Below, piece after piece: positions 42,667-56,056 of a DNA stretch of 64,000 nt (position 1 is its first letter; each line of letters starts with the position of its first letter). The position numbers and the translations under genes were made by a program. This DNA is from Lysobacterales bacterium. Lineage in GTDB: Bacteria > Pseudomonadota > Gammaproteobacteria > Xanthomonadales > SZUA-36. The stretch lies in NCBI GenBank assembly GCA_037384065.1, contig JARROJ010000021.1, forward strand, positions 20,383-84,382, given 5' to 3'. The notes below the pieces were generated by a model. The model ran no database searches. It was not told the DNA's origin and saw nothing but the letters and a program-made list of their open reading frames with translations.

Positions 42667-43800
42667 TCAACGCTGGTCGATCGGCACGTAGTCGCGCGGC
42701 CCCGGGCCGGTGTAATCCGCACTGGGCCGGATGATCCGGTTGTTCGCGCGTTGCTCGAACACGTGCGCGCACCACCCGGTGATCCGCGACATCACGAAGA
42801 TCGGTGTGAACAGCTTGGTCGGAATGCCCATGTAGTTGTAGGCGCTGGCGTGGAAGAAATCCGCGTTCGCGAACATGTTCTTTTCTTCCTTCATGGTCCG
42901 TTCGACCGCGTCCGATATGTCGAACAGGGTCGCGTCGCCGCGCATCTCGGACAACTTGCGGGACCATTCCTTGATGATCGCGTTGCGCGGGTCGCGCACG
43001 CGGTACACCGCGTGTCCGAAGCCCATGATCAGCTCTTTCGCCGCCAGCTTGCGCTTCACGTCCGCGACCGCTTCCTCGACGCTGCCGTATTGCTCGATCA
43101 TGGCCATCGCCGCCTCGTTCGCGCCGCCGTGCAGCGGGCCGCGCAGGGAACCGATCGCCGCGGTGATGCAGGAATGCATGTCGGTCAGGGTCGAGGCGGC
43201 CACGCGCGCGGTGAAGGTCGACGCGTTGAACTCGTGTTCCGCGTAAAGGATCAGGGAAACGTCCATGACCCGGGCCGGAAGTTCGTCCGGCGCCTCGCCA
43301 TGCAGCATGTGCAGAAAATGGCCGCCGATGCTGTCGTCATCCGTCTCGGTCTCGATGCGGACGCCGTCGTGCGAAAAACGGTACCAGTAGAGCAGGATGG
43401 ACGGCAGCACGGCCAGCAGGCGGTCCGCTGTTTCCATCTCGCGGCTGAAATCACCTTCCGGCTCGATGTTGCCGAGGAACGAGACACCGGTGCGCATCAC
43501 GTCCATCGGGTGCGCATCGGCCGGAATCCGCTCGAGCACCTCTTTCAGGGGCTGGGGCAGGCCGCGCATCGTGCGCTGGCGGCCGGTCCATTCGTCCAGC
43601 GCCGCCCGCGTCGGCAGTTCGCCGCGCATGATCAGATAGGCCACCTCGTAAAAGGTCGCCTCGGCAGCGAGGTCCTGTACGTTGTAGCCGCGGTAGCGAA
43701 GGTTGTTGCCGGCAGCGCCGACCGTCGAGATACGGGTTTCACCCGCGGACTGGCCGCGCAGGCCGGCGCCGCTGTTCTTTCTGACTTGATCTTCTGCCAT
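42667..43800 (-). CDS. prpC: 2-methylcitrate synthase
   Basis: ATG at 43800 (MAEDQVRK). Citrate-synthase family motifs: LRGPLHGGANE, GFGHAVYRVRDPR and the NADFF region. Confidence 0.9.
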   Translation of the reverse strand: MAEDQVRKNSGAGLRGQSAGETRISTVGAAGNNLRYRGYNVQDLAAEATFYEVAYLIMRGELPTRAALDEWTGRQRTMRGLPQPLKEVLERIPADAHPMDVMRTGVSFLGNIEPEGDFSREMETADRLLAVLPSILLYWYRFSHDGVRIETETDDDSIGGHFLHMLHGEAPDELPARVMDVSLILYAEHEFNASTFTARVAASTLTDMHSCITAAIGSLRGPLHGGANEAAMAMIEQYGSVEEAVADVKRKLAAKELIMGFGHAVYRVRDPRNAIIKEWSRKLSEMRGDATLFDISDAVERTMKEEKNMFANADFFHASAYNYMGIPTKLFTPIFVMSRITGWCAHVFEQRANNRIIRPSADYTGPGPRDYVPIDQR

Positions 43801-43840
43801 GATTGATCCTCTTTTCAATGGACCGAACGGTTCATTCGGG

Positions 43841-44734
43841 TTACCGCTCCCCGGTTCCCGCGAACAGTTGGTCCAGTTTCTCCTCGTAGGCGTGGTAATC
43901 GAGATACGCGTAGAGTTCCTCGCGCGTCTGCATGATGTCGACGACGTTCCGCTGGTGGCCGTCTTCGAGCAGGGCCCGGTAGACCGTTTCCGCGCCGCGA
44001 TTCATCGCCCGGTAGGCGCCGCAGCAATACAGCACGATATCGACGCCGGCCGCCCCGAGCTCCGGCGTCGAGAACAGCGGCGTCTGGCCGAATTCGGTGA
44101 TGTTGGCGAGAATCGGCACGCCGACCGCGGACCGGAACGCCGCGTACTGCTCGAGATCCTGCACGGCCTCGGGGAAGACCATGTCGGCCCCGGCCTCGAC
44201 ACAGGCCACGGCGCGCTCCACGGCCTTGTCCATGCCCTCGACGGCCAGCGCATCGGTACGCGCCATGACCACGAAGTCGTCGTCGCCGCGGGCGTCGACC
44301 GCGGCCTTGACCCGGTCCACCATCTCGGCCTGCGGCACAATCGCCTTGCCGGGACGGTGGCCACAGCGCTTGGCGGCGACCTGGTCCTCGATGTGCATGC
44401 CCGCCGCCCCGGCCCGGACCAGCGACCGAACCGTGCGCGCAATGTTGAACGCACCGCCGAACCCCGTGTCCGCATCGACCAGCAGCGGCAGGTCGCAGGC
44501 GGCGGTAATCCGGTTGACGTCGACCAGCACGTCTTCCAGGGTGCTGATGCCGAGATCGGGCAGCCCGAGCGAATTCGCCGCGAGGCCGCCCCCGGACAGG
44601 TAAATGGCGCGGTGGCCGATCGCCTGCGCCATCCGCGCCGTGTACGCGTTAATCGTACCGACGACCTGCAGCGGGGCGTGCGTCGCGACGGCCTGCCGCA
44701 GGCGCCGACCCGGTGACGGACGCGGACCGTTCAA
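43841..44734 (-). CDS. prpB: Methylisocitrate lyase
   Basis: There is no in-frame ATG. The TTG at 44734 gives (M)[30 protein letters not shown], collinear with the E. coli PrpB N-terminus. Motifs: [10 protein letters not shown] and KRCGH. Confidence 0.88.
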   Translation of the reverse strand: MNGPRPSPGRRLRQAVATHAPLQVVGTINAYTARMAQAIGHRAIYLSGGGLAANSLGLPDLGISTLEDVLVDVNRITAACDLPLLVDADTGFGGAFNIARTVRSLVRAGAAGMHIEDQVAAKRCGHRPGKAIVPQAEMVDRVKAAVDARGDDDFVVMARTDALAVEGMDKAVERAVACVEAGADMVFPEAVQDLEQYAAFRSAVGVPILANITEFGQTPLFSTPELGAAGVDIVLYCCGAYRAMNRGAETVYRALLEDGHQRNVVDIMQTREELYAYLDYHAYEEKLDQLFAGTGER

Positions 44735-45708
44735 AGCAGGTCTTCGACGGCTGCGCGCTCCTCGCGCAGTTCGGCTTCCGTCGCGTCCATACGCTCGCGG
44801 CTGAACGCGTCGATCTCGAGCCCCTGAACGATTTCGAATCGCCCGTCGCGGCAGGTGCACGGGAACGAGTAGATGATGCCGGGCTCGATCCCGTAACTGC
44901 CGTCCGCCGGAACCGCCATCGACACCCAGTCGCCATCCGGCGTTCCGAGGGCCCAGCTGCGCATGTGGTCGATCGCCGCGGACGCGGCCGAGGCGGCCGA
45001 CGACGCGCCGCGCGCCTTGATGATGGCGGCGCCGCGCTGCTGCACGACCGGAATGAAGGTATCGCGATACCAGTCCGTGTCGACATCACCGGCGACCGTG
45101 CGCCCGTCCACCTCGCAGAAGCGGATGTCCGGGTACTGGGTCGCGGAGTGATTGCCCCAGACGACCATCTTCGAGATGTCGGCGTGATGGCGATCGATGC
45201 GGCCCGCCAACTGGGCCAGCGCACGATTGTGATCCAACCGCGTCATCGCCGTGAAGTTGCGCGGATCGATGTCGGGCGCCGCGGCCTGCGCGATCAGGGC
45301 ATTGGTGTTGGCGGGGTTGCCCACGACCAGCACCTTGACCTCGCGGCTGGCGACCTTGTTCAGCGCCGCGCCCTGCGGGCCGAAAATCTGGCCGTTGGCG
45401 GACAGCAGGTCGCTCCGTTCCATGCCCGGGCCGCGCGGCCGGGCGCCGACCAGGAGGGCGTAATCCGCCTCGTTGAACGCGGTTTCCGCGTCATCGGTCG
45501 CGACGATGTCGGTCAACAGCGGAAAGGCGCAATCGCGCAGTTCCATGACGACGCCTTCCAGCGTGCCCATGGCCGGTGGAATCTCCAGCAACTGCAGAAT
45601 GACCGGCTGCTCCGGACCCAACATGTCTCCGGCCGCGATGCGGAAACACAACTGGTAACCAATCTGGCCTGCTGCACCGGTAATGGCGATTCGAACGGGA
45701 CGATTCAT
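44731..45708 (-). CDS. mdh: Malate dehydrogenase (LDH2-like/long type)
   Basis: AGGAG Shine-Dalgarno sequence. Motifs [28 protein letters not shown] and TRLDHNRA. The stop overlaps the prpB TTG. Confidence 0.95.
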   Translation of the reverse strand: MNRPVRIAITGAAGQIGYQLCFRIAAGDMLGPEQPVILQLLEIPPAMGTLEGVVMELRDCAFPLLTDIVATDDAETAFNEADYALLVGARPRGPGMERSDLLSANGQIFGPQGAALNKVASREVKVLVVGNPANTNALIAQAAAPDIDPRNFTAMTRLDHNRALAQLAGRIDRHHADISKMVVWGNHSATQYPDIRFCEVDGRTVAGDVDTDWYRDTFIPVVQQRGAAIIKARGASSAASAASAAIDHMRSWALGTPDGDWVSMAVPADGSYGIEPGIIYSFPCTCRDGRFEIVQGLEIDAFSRERMDATEAELREERAAVEDLL

Positions 45709-45858
45709 AGTTTTGACTCCTGGCGATCTGACGTAAAAAAGCAGTCTGAGGGGGCCCTCGAATTACAGCGCCCCGCAACCGTTGTATTATTCTAGCTGAT
45801 TATTCCCGCTCGCCCTTGACGCAAGTATTGATGCTGATCATTTTTCGGAGTCCTATCG

Positions 45859-47586
<1,728 letters not shown>

Positions 47587-47591
47587 GCGGA

Positions 47592-48707
47592 ATGAAAATC
47601 GTCATCGACCGCAACATCCGCGGCGCCGCGGCGACCTTCGGGCGCCACGGCGAACTGCAGGCGATGGACGGCCGGGCCATTCGACGAGCCGACCTGGTCG
47701 ACGCCGATGTGCTGATCGTGCGCACCGCCACGCGCGTCGATCGCGACCTGCTGGACGGCACGCCGGTGCGCTTTGTCGGCACGACCTCCATCGGCACGGA
47801 TCACCTCGATATCCCCTACCTGGACGCGGCCGGCATCGCCTGGTCGAATGCGCCGGGGTGCAACGCCGATTCCGCGGCCGAGTATACGCTGGCGATGATG
47901 TGGCTGGCCTGCGAGCGGCTCGGTCGCCGCCTTGCGGATCAGCGCGTCGGCGTCATCGGCTGCGGCAACGTCGGCTCGCGGGTGCAGAGACTGCTTCGGG
48001 CGATCGGCGTCGACAGCATCGCCAATGATCCGCCGCTGGCCGACCGCGGCGTCGCGGGCCTGGTCGCACAGGACGAGGCCCTGTCCTGCGACATCGTCAG
48101 CCTGCACGTGCCGCTGACGCACGACGGGCCGTATCCCACGCACCGCATGATCGACGCTGACCGGCTGGCCGGGCTGCCGGCGGGCGCACTGCTCGTCAAC
48201 GCCGCGCGCGGCGACGTGATCGACGGCGACGCGCTGCTCGACGCCGTGCGCGCAGGGCGCATTCGGGTCGCGCTCGACTGCTGGCCGGGCGAACCCTTGA
48301 TCGAACCGGAACTGCTGCAGCGCAGCACCGTCGCCACCCCGCACGTGGCGGGCTACAGCGACGACGGCAAGCGCAACGGCACGCGCATGGTCTACGAGGC
48401 GTATTGCCGTTCAGCGGGTATCGCCCCGTCCGCCCCGGCGCCCGACAGCCGGCGACTGGCGTTGTCCATCGACGCGCCGGAAACGGCCCTGGACGAAGCG
48501 CTGACAGCCGCCTGCTTCGTGGCCCGGCACGATGGCGAGATGCGTCGTCTCGCGACCGAGCAGACGGCCGGAATCGCGCGCGGTTTCGATCGCCTGCGCA
48601 AAAACTACCCGTTCCGGCGCGACTTTCAGGGTTGGGACGTGGACTGCCCGGACCGGGCCAGCGCGCGCCTGCTGACGGCACTGGGATTCGCGGCCCACGG
48701 CGGCTGA
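47592..48707 (+). CDS. pdxB: 4-phosphoerythronate dehydrogenase
   Basis: 371 aa with the D-2-hydroxyacid dehydrogenase fold (GVIGCGNVGSRV, NAARG, TPHVAGYS) and a PdxB-type C-terminal extension. Confidence 0.88.
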   Translation: MKIVIDRNIRGAAATFGRHGELQAMDGRAIRRADLVDADVLIVRTATRVDRDLLDGTPVRFVGTTSIGTDHLDIPYLDAAGIAWSNAPGCNADSAAEYTLAMMWLACERLGRRLADQRVGVIGCGNVGSRVQRLLRAIGVDSIANDPPLADRGVAGLVAQDEALSCDIVSLHVPLTHDGPYPTHRMIDADRLAGLPAGALLVNAARGDVIDGDALLDAVRAGRIRVALDCWPGEPLIEPELLQRSTVATPHVAGYSDDGKRNGTRMVYEAYCRSAGIAPSAPAPDSRRLALSIDAPETALDEALTAACFVARHDGEMRRLATEQTAGIARGFDRLRKNYPFRRDFQGWDVDCPDRASARLLTALGFAAHGG

Positions 48708-48937
48708 ACCCGAACGCACCGGTCAATCGGTGCGCCGTACGGCCTCGACCTGCGCATCGGACAGGCCGACGACGCGCGCCGAATGCGCTCCGCGGTGAGT
48801 TCGAACGCCCGGGCCGCGCTCACGCCGGCTTTCGCGGGCCTGAATCGCCTCTGCCGAGCGGCTAAGCTATTGCTTTTCAAGGGTAGGACGCGTATCGTGC
48901 GCCGCCTGCCGGACATACCGGCCAACAGGACGGAACC

Positions 48938-50773
48938 GTGATCGAAAACCTTCGAAACATCGCCATCATCGCCCATGTCGACCATGGCAAGACGACGCTC
49001 GTCGACCAGTTGCTGCAACAGTCAGGGACGCTGGGCGACCGCGCCGCCGCGCCGGAGCGCGTGATGGATTCGAACGAGTTGGAGAAAGAGCGCGGCATCA
49101 CGATCCTCTCGAAGAACACCGCCATCGAGTGGAACGACGGCGCGAACGAGTATCACATCAACATCGTGGACACCCCGGGTCACGCGGATTTCGGTGGCGA
49201 AGTCGAGCGCATTCTCAGCATGGTGGATTCGGTGCTGTTGCTGGTCGACGCCGTCGACGGGCCGATGCCGCAGACGCGGTTCGTGACGCAGAAAGCCTTC
49301 GAGATGGGGTTCAAGCCCATCGTCGTCATCAACAAGGTCGACCGTGACGGCGCACGGCCGGACTGGGTGCTCGACCAGACCTTCGAACTGTTCGACCAAC
49401 TCGGCGCGAGCGACGAGCAACTCGATTTTCCGGTGGTCTACGCCTCGGCCCTGCGCGGGTACGCCAGCCTCGACAGCGAGACGCGCGAGGGCGACATGCG
49501 GCCGCTGTTCGAAACCATCGTCGAGCAGGTGGCGCCGCCGCCGGTGAACGTCGACGGCCCCTTCCAGATGCGCGTCTCCTCGCTGGACTACAGTTCCTAT
49601 GTCGGCGTGATCGGCATCGGCCGCGTGCAGCGCGGCACCGTCAAGCCCAATCAGCAGATCTGCGTGATCGACGTCGACGGGCACCCGCGCAACGCCCGCG
49701 TGCTGCAGGTGCTGGGGTTCCATGGCCTGGAACGGATCGAAGTCCCGTCGGCGCGGGCCGGCGACATCATCGCGATCACCGGCGTCGAAAACCTCCAGAT
49801 TTCCGACACGCTGTGCGACCGGTCCGCACCGGAGGCGTTGCCGGCGCTGACGGTCGACGAGCCCACCATCAGCATGACCTTCCGCGTCAACAACTCGCCG
49901 TTCGCCGGGCGCGAGGGGAAGTACCTGACCAGCCGCCAGTTGCGCGAACGCCTGATGCGCGAAGCCAGCCACAACGTCGCGCTGCGCGTCGAGGACACCG
50001 AAAACCCGGAGCGCTTCAAGGTTTCCGGGCGCGGGGAACTGCACCTGTCGATCCTGATCGAAACCATGCGTCGGGAAGGATATGAACTCGCGATTTCCAG
50101 GCCGGAAGTCATCCTGCACGAAACCGAACATGGCCGGGAAGAGCCCTACGAGACGCTGGTCGTCGACCTGGAAGCCGACTACCAGGGCGCGGTCATGGAG
50201 CGCCTCGGCGAGCGCCGGGGCGAGCTGAAGAACATGCAGCTCGACGGCAAGGGTCGGGTTCGACTCGACTACCTGATCCCGGCCCGGGGCCTGATCGGCT
50301 TCCAGTCGGAATTCCGCACGCTGACCGCGGGAACCGGCCTGATGTTCCACGTGTTCGATCACTACGGCCCCTGGCGCAGCGGCGACATCTCGAAGCGCAG
50401 TAACGGCGTCCTGATCTCGAACGGCACCGGCAAGGCCCTGGCCTATGCCCTGTACAACCTCCAGGAACGCGGCCGGATGATCATCGAGCCGGGCGTGGAC
50501 GTTTACGAGGGCCAGGTGGTGGGCGTCCACAGCCGCGCCAACGACCTGACCGTGAACCCGCTGAAAGCGAAGCAACTGACGAACATCCGCACGGTGCTGA
50601 AGGACGATGCCGTGCAGTTGGCCGCGCCGATAAAAATGACGCTGGAGCAGGCGCTGGAGTTCATCGAGGACGATGAACTGGTCGAGGTGACGCCGGACGC
50701 GATCCGCATTCGCAAGATCCACCTGCTCGAGCACGAACGCAAAAAGGCCAGCCGACAGAAGGACGAGGGCTAG
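48938..50773 (+). CDS. typA: Translational GTPase TypA/BipA
   Basis: GTG start. Motifs [33 protein letters not shown] and NKVDR. 611 aa. Confidence 0.96.
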   Translation: MIENLRNIAIIAHVDHGKTTLVDQLLQQSGTLGDRAAAPERVMDSNELEKERGITILSKNTAIEWNDGANEYHINIVDTPGHADFGGEVERILSMVDSVLLLVDAVDGPMPQTRFVTQKAFEMGFKPIVVINKVDRDGARPDWVLDQTFELFDQLGASDEQLDFPVVYASALRGYASLDSETREGDMRPLFETIVEQVAPPPVNVDGPFQMRVSSLDYSSYVGVIGIGRVQRGTVKPNQQICVIDVDGHPRNARVLQVLGFHGLERIEVPSARAGDIIAITGVENLQISDTLCDRSAPEALPALTVDEPTISMTFRVNNSPFAGREGKYLTSRQLRERLMREASHNVALRVEDTENPERFKVSGRGELHLSILIETMRREGYELAISRPEVILHETEHGREEPYETLVVDLEADYQGAVMERLGERRGELKNMQLDGKGRVRLDYLIPARGLIGFQSEFRTLTAGTGLMFHVFDHYGPWRSGDISKRSNGVLISNGTGKALAYALYNLQERGRMIIEPGVDVYEGQVVGVHSRANDLTVNPLKAKQLTNIRTVLKDDAVQLAAPIKMTLEQALEFIEDDELVEVTPDAIRIRKIHLLEHERKKASRQKDEG

Positions 50774-50837
50774 AACCGCTTCCCGGCGGTCCGGCCGGCC
50801 GGGGCGGCAATTCGGGACCGCGAACCCGCGAGTGGGG

Positions 50838-52232
50838 TCAGGTTCGGCCGCGGCCGTGCTTGCCGACGATCAGCATGGCCATTTCGAGCGACTGCTCGTA
50901 GTTGAGGCGCGGATCGACGGTCGACTTGTAATCGCGCTTGAGGTCCTCGTCGGACAGGTTGCGCGCCCCGCCGGTGCATTCCGTCACGTTCTCGCCGGTC
51001 AGTTCGAGGTGCACGCCGCCGAGGATCGAGCCGTTGTCCTCGTGAATATCGAACGCCAGCTCCATCTCGTTCATGATCTTGCGGAAACGCCGGGTCTTGA
51101 TGCCGTCGCCGGTGGACTCCGTGTTGCCGTGCATCGGATCGGAAATCCACAACACCGGGCTGCCGTGCGCCTGCACGGCCCGGATCAGCGCCGGCAGTTT
51201 CTCCTCGATATGGGCTTCGCCCATCCGGTGGATCAGCACGATCCGGCCCGGCGACCGTTGTGGGTTCAGGCGATCCAGCAACCCGGTCAGCCAGTCCGCG
51301 TCCATGCCCGGGCCGACCTTGATCCCGATCGGATTGCGAATGCCGCGGAAATATTCGACGTGGGCGCCGTCCAGTTGCGCCGTGCGCATGCCGATCCATG
51401 GAAAGTGCGTGCCGAGGTTGAACCAACCCCACTGGCGCGGCACCTGCCGGCTCTGGGCCTGCTCGTACGGCAGGTGCAGGGCCTCGTGCGAGGTGAAGAA
51501 ATCGACCCGGCGCAGGCTGCCCACGTCCCGCCCGGTGATGGTTTCCATGAACCGCAGGGACTTGCTCAGGCTTTCGGTGATCTCGTGGAATTCGCCGGCC
51601 AGCGGGGAATGCTCGACCCAGCTCAGATCCCAGTACTCGGTGTGGTGCACGTCGGCGAAACCGCCGTCCACCAGCGAGCGCACGAAATTCATCGTCATCG
51701 CCGAGTAGGCGTGCGCCTTCAGCAGTCGGTCCGGGTCGGGGACCCGCGCCGCTTCGGTGAATTCGACGTCATTGACCAGGTCGCCGCGGTAACTGGGCAG
51801 GGTCACGCCGTCCCGCGTCTCGGTATCCGCCGAGCGCGGCTTGGCGTACTGACCGGCAAACCGGCCAACGCGCACCACGGGCATCTGCAAGCCGTGGATC
51901 AGGGCGAGGCTCATCTGCAGCAGCACCTTGAGCCGGTTCGTGATCAGCGGCGAGCAGACCTCGTTGAAATTCTCGGCGCAATCACCGCCCTGCAGGAAAA
52001 AACGTTTGCCGGCCTGGGCCTCCGCGATCTGGTCGCGCAGGGACAGGATTTCCCAGGACGTGACCAGCGGGGGCAGTTCCGCCAGCTTGCGCAGGGCGGC
52101 CTCGAGCGCTTCCGGATCGGGATAGTTCGCCTGCTGCAGGGCCGGATGCCGCTGCCAACCGTCGGGCCGCCAGTCGGGCGCGGGATCGTTCGGGTTGACC
52201 GGACTTGCCGGCGTTCTTGGTACTGCACTCAT
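50838..52232 (-). CDS. Class II 3-deoxy-7-phosphoheptulonate (DAHP) synthase
   Basis: 464 aa with FFLQGGDCAENF, RVGRFAGQYAKPRS and WISDPMHGNT, typical of the plant/actinobacterial-like AroA(II) class. Confidence 0.9.
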   Translation of the reverse strand: MSAVPRTPASPVNPNDPAPDWRPDGWQRHPALQQANYPDPEALEAALRKLAELPPLVTSWEILSLRDQIAEAQAGKRFFLQGGDCAENFNEVCSPLITNRLKVLLQMSLALIHGLQMPVVRVGRFAGQYAKPRSADTETRDGVTLPSYRGDLVNDVEFTEAARVPDPDRLLKAHAYSAMTMNFVRSLVDGGFADVHHTEYWDLSWVEHSPLAGEFHEITESLSKSLRFMETITGRDVGSLRRVDFFTSHEALHLPYEQAQSRQVPRQWGWFNLGTHFPWIGMRTAQLDGAHVEYFRGIRNPIGIKVGPGMDADWLTGLLDRLNPQRSPGRIVLIHRMGEAHIEEKLPALIRAVQAHGSPVLWISDPMHGNTESTGDGIKTRRFRKIMNEMELAFDIHEDNGSILGGVHLELTGENVTECTGGARNLSDEDLKRDYKSTVDPRLNYEQSLEMAMLIVGKHGRGRT

Positions 52233-52242
52233 GATATCGGGC

Positions 52243-52749
52243 TCAGATCCTGTCGCGTCGGTTGTAAATCAAGAGACCGATGGTACCCACTGTGAACACC
52301 GTATACCAGACAAACGTCCAGCCCGGCATGCTGAGGCCGAGGAACTGCCAGATCACTTCGGCGCATTCGCCCGAGCCGTAGAAAACCTCGTTCAGCACGT
52401 CGGTGAAGGGCATCGTTTCGAGCATGTAGTTCAGCCCCATCCCGCAGTCGGGCACCTGGTCGGCAGGCAGGCTCTGCAGCCACAGGTGACGCCCGGCGAT
52501 GAGCATGCCGGCGATGCCGCCCAGGATCACGAGGAGTGCGTAGAACCAGCGCCCGGTGCGACCCGGACCGTGTACGGCGCCGACCAGCGCGACCGCGCCG
52601 ATGAACATGAACGTGACGCGCTGGAACACACACAGCGGACACGGGTCCAGGAAGTCGACGTGTTGCACGTACAACGCGTAGGAAACCATGCCGAAACACG
52701 CCAGGGCGACGATGAAAAACCAGACTCGGGGCCGGAACAGTAAACTCAC
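52243..52749 (-). CDS. dsbB: Disulfide bond formation protein DsbB
   Basis: This is the 3' tail of the ORF-track entry 52243..54576. The GTG at 52749 follows GAGGA (7-nt spacing). It has four TM helices, CPLCVFQR and a second Cys pair (VPDCG...GSGECAE). Confidence 0.85.
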   Translation of the reverse strand: MSLLFRPRVWFFIVALACFGMVSYALYVQHVDFLDPCPLCVFQRVTFMFIGAVALVGAVHGPGRTGRWFYALLVILGGIAGMLIAGRHLWLQSLPADQVPDCGMGLNYMLETMPFTDVLNEVFYGSGECAEVIWQFLGLSMPGWTFVWYTVFTVGTIGLLIYNRRDRI

Positions 52750-52875
52750 ATTCACATCCTCGATGTTGCCCTCGCACCGGCGAGCAGCGCTTCCGCGGCA
52801 CGAAAGACCCGGCTTAGGTAACCGGGTTGATTTATAATGAAAGGTCCGCCCAACCGGACACGACAGGCACGAATA

Positions 52876-54555
52876 ATGAGCGCTATCCCCAGCAATTACA
52901 AGACCGCAGGACGCGCGCCGATTCACGCCCCCACGGGCTCCGCGCTGAGCTGCAAGGGCTGGCACCAGGAAGCCGCGATGCGCATGTTGATGAACAATCT
53001 CGATCCCGATGTCGCCGAAAAGCCGGACGAGCTGATCATTTACGGCGGAACGGGAAAAGCGGCGCGCAACTGGGCCTGTTACGAGCAGATCGTCGCCACG
53101 CTGCGACGCCTGGAAAACGACGAGACGATGCTGGTGCAGAGCGGCAAACCGGTCGGTGTCTTCCGCACCCACGAAGAGGCGCCCCGCGTGTTGATCGCCA
53201 ATGCCAACCTCGTGCCGCGCTGGGGCACCTGGGACGTGTTCCGCGATCTCGAGCGCAAGGGACTGACCATGTACGGCCAGATGACGGCCGGCAGCTGGAT
53301 CTACATCGGCTCGCAGGGCATCGTTCAGGGCACGTATGAAACGTTCGCGGAGTGCGCCAACCAGCACTTCGACGGCAGCCTGTCCGGCAAACTGGTGGTG
53401 ACGGCGGGGCTCGGCGGCATGGGCGGCGCGCAGCCGCTGGCCGTAACGATGAACGACGGCCTCTGCCTGGCGGTCGAGGTCGACCCCCGGCGCATCCGGC
53501 GCCGCGTGGAAACCGGTTACTGCGACGTGATGTCGGACGATCTCGACGAGGCCCTCGGACTGCTGGAAGAGGCGCAGGGCGGTCTCTCCGTCGGTCTGCT
53601 CGGCAACATCGCCGACGTGCTGCCGGAACTCGAGCGCCGCGGCATCGTTCCGGACGTCATTACCGATCAGACCTCGGCGCACGACCTGCGCTACGGGTAC
53701 ATCCCGGCCGGCTACTCGCTCGAGGAGGCCGACCGCCTGCGTGAGACGGACACGGAGGCGTACGACAATGCGGTGCTCGACTCGATGGTCGTGCACGTGC
53801 AGTCCATTCTGAATCTGCAGAAGAAAGGCGCCGTGTGCTTCGATTACGGCAACAACCTGCGCGGCCAGGTGGCGGATCACCGCGGCATGGCGGAGGCCTT
53901 CGACTACCCGGGATTCGTTCCGGCCTATATCCGCCCCCTGTTCTGCAAGGGCGCCGGCCCCTTCCGCTGGGCCGCGCTGAGCGGCAACCCGGCCGACATC
54001 CAGGCCACCGACGAGGCGATTCTCGAACTGTTCCCGGACAAGGAAGGCCTGCACCGCTGGGTGAGGAAGGCGCGCGAGAAGATCCGCTTCCAGGGCCTGC
54101 CCTCCCGGATCTGCTGGTTGGAATACGGCGAACGGGCCGAAGCGGGGCTCAAGTTCAACTGGCTGGTTCGCACCGGCAAGGTCGATGCGCCGATCGTCAT
54201 CGGCCGCGACCACCTCGATACGGGTTCCGTTGCATCCCCGAACCGCGAGACCGAGGCCATGCGCGACGGCTCGGACGCGATCGCGGACTGGCCGCTGCTG
54301 AACGCAATGCTCAACACCGCCTGCGGCGCCAGCTGGGTATCGATCCACCACGGCGGCGGGGTCGGCATCGGTTATTCGCTGCACGCCGGAATGGTCTGCG
54401 TCGCGGAAGGCAGCGAGATGGCGGACCGCCGGCTCGAGCGCGTCCTGACCGCGGACCCGGGCACGGGCGTGATGCGTCACGCCGACGCCGGTTACGAGAC
54501 CGCCGTCGAAACCGCCCGCGAGCGCGGCGTCGACCTGCCGATGATCAACGGCTGA
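52876..54555 (+). CDS. hutU: Urocanate hydratase
   Basis: [29 protein letters not shown] and [24 protein letters not shown]. The start is ATG 52876 or ATG 52837. A perfect TATAAT at 52833-52838 overlaps the upstream ATG and favours 52876. Confidence 0.94.
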   Translation: MSAIPSNYKTAGRAPIHAPTGSALSCKGWHQEAAMRMLMNNLDPDVAEKPDELIIYGGTGKAARNWACYEQIVATLRRLENDETMLVQSGKPVGVFRTHEEAPRVLIANANLVPRWGTWDVFRDLERKGLTMYGQMTAGSWIYIGSQGIVQGTYETFAECANQHFDGSLSGKLVVTAGLGGMGGAQPLAVTMNDGLCLAVEVDPRRIRRRVETGYCDVMSDDLDEALGLLEEAQGGLSVGLLGNIADVLPELERRGIVPDVITDQTSAHDLRYGYIPAGYSLEEADRLRETDTEAYDNAVLDSMVVHVQSILNLQKKGAVCFDYGNNLRGQVADHRGMAEAFDYPGFVPAYIRPLFCKGAGPFRWAALSGNPADIQATDEAILELFPDKEGLHRWVRKAREKIRFQGLPSRICWLEYGERAEAGLKFNWLVRTGKVDAPIVIGRDHLDTGSVASPNRETEAMRDGSDAIADWPLLNAMLNTACGASWVSIHHGGGVGIGYSLHAGMVCVAEGSEMADRRLERVLTADPGTGVMRHADAGYETAVETARERGVDLPMING

Positions 54556-54559
54556 AGCG

Positions 54560-56056
54560 ATGGTCCGGGTCGCCACGCTGTATCGCGATCTGGCCGACCG
54601 GATGGCGGAACTGCGGTCGGCCCACGAGGCCGTCGCCGCGAGCCGCTCGGTGGTGCTGCGTGCGCTCGACGACGGCCGCGCCCATTACGGCATCAACACC
54701 GGCTTCGGCAGTCTTGCGAACCGGCGGATCGGCCCGGAGCAACTGAGCGAACTGCAGCAGAACATCCTGCTCAGCCACGCCTGCGGTGTCGGCGACCCGG
54801 TCCCGACTGCGATCACCCGCCTGATGCTGCAGCTGAAAATCCACGCCCTGGGCCTGGGGCAATCCGGCATCTCGAGAACGACCTTCCGCCAACTGCTGGC
54901 GATCGAGGAAAGCGGGCTCGTGCCGTGGGTGCCGAGCCGCGGCAGTGTCGGGGCATCCGGCGACCTCGCGCCGCTGGCCCACCTCTGCCTGCCGCTGATC
55001 GGCCGCGGCGAAGTCTGGAACGGCGATTTCAGCGGCAAGGAAAAAGCCGAACGCGCGATGCGTCGCCTGGAACTCGAACCGATCGCCCTGCAGGCCAAGG
55101 ACGGACTCGCCCTGATCAACGGCACGCAGCTGATGACCGCCTATGGCGCCTTCGTTCTCGAGCGCGCCCGCGTCCTGCAAACCGAGGCGGACATTCTCGC
55201 CGGGATGAGCCTGGAGGCCCTGCAGGGCAGCGCCGCGCCGTTCGATCCGAGAATCCACGCGATTCGTCCGCATGCCGGCCAGATCGCCGTGGCGGCGAAC
55301 GTGCGGCGCCTGCTGGAGCACAGTGAAATCCTCGATTCGCACCGCGACTGCGGGCGCGTCCAGGACCCGTACTGTCTGCGCTGCGTGCCGCAGGTGCACG
55401 GCGCCAGCCGCGATGCGCTTGCGTACGCCACCGGAGTGGTCGACACCGAGCTCAACTCGGTCACCGACAACCCGCTGGTATTCGAAAACGGCGACATCAT
55501 TTCCGGCGGCAATTTCCACGGACAGCCGCTGGCCCTGGCGCTCGATTTCGCCGCCATGGCGCTGGCCGAACTGGCCAGCATTTCCGAGCGGCGCACCTAC
55601 CTGTTGCTCGAGGGCGTGGATGGTCTGCCGAAATTCCTGATGCACGACACCGGCGTCAACTCCGGGTTCATGATCCCGCAGTACACGGCGGCCGCGCTGG
55701 TGTCGGAAAACAAGGTGCTGTGCCACCCGGCGAGCGTCGACTCCATTCCGACCAGCCTCGGCCAGGAAGACCACGTCAGCATGGGGTCGATCAGCGCGCT
55801 GAAACTGCTGTCCGTGCTGCACAACGTGGAGCGCGTGCTGGCCGTCGAATTCCTGACGGCCGCCCAGGCGCTGGACTTCCGCGCTCCGCGCAAACCGGGC
55901 CGCGGCGTGCACGTGGCGCACGGCATGCTGCGCGCGCGGATCGGTCACGCGGATCGCGATTACGAGGTGCGCAACGACCTCGACGTCTGCACCGAATTGC
56001 TGCGCTCGGGTGAACTGGCCGATACCGTGCAGGCGTCGATCGGCGCGCTGGACTGA
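54560..56056 (+). CDS. hutH: Histidine ammonia-lyase
   Basis: YGINTGFG and the MIO-forming GSVGASGDLAPLAH. 498 aa. Confidence 0.95.
   Translation: MVRVATLYRDLADRMAELRSAHEAVAASRSVVLRALDDGRAHYGINTGFGSLANRRIGPEQLSELQQNILLSHACGVGDPVPTAITRLMLQLKIHALGLGQSGISRTTFRQLLAIEESGLVPWVPSRGSVGASGDLAPLAHLCLPLIGRGEVWNGDFSGKEKAERAMRRLELEPIALQAKDGLALINGTQLMTAYGAFVLERARVLQTEADILAGMSLEALQGSAAPFDPRIHAIRPHAGQIAVAANVRRLLEHSEILDSHRDCGRVQDPYCLRCVPQVHGASRDALAYATGVVDTELNSVTDNPLVFENGDIISGGNFHGQPLALALDFAAMALAELASISERRTYLLLEGVDGLPKFLMHDTGVNSGFMIPQYTAAALVSENKVLCHPASVDSIPTSLGQEDHVSMGSISALKLLSVLHNVERVLAVEFLTAAQALDFRAPRKPGRGVHVAHGMLRARIGHADRDYEVRNDLDVCTELLRSGELADTVQASIGALD

Noticed and set aside
52750-54576. A 777-aa minus-strand ORF (52243..54576) opposite hutU
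   Set aside because: Only the 3' 168 codons (DsbB, with a GTG at 52749 and a GAGGA Shine-Dalgarno sequence) are credible. The upstream part is antisense to hutU.
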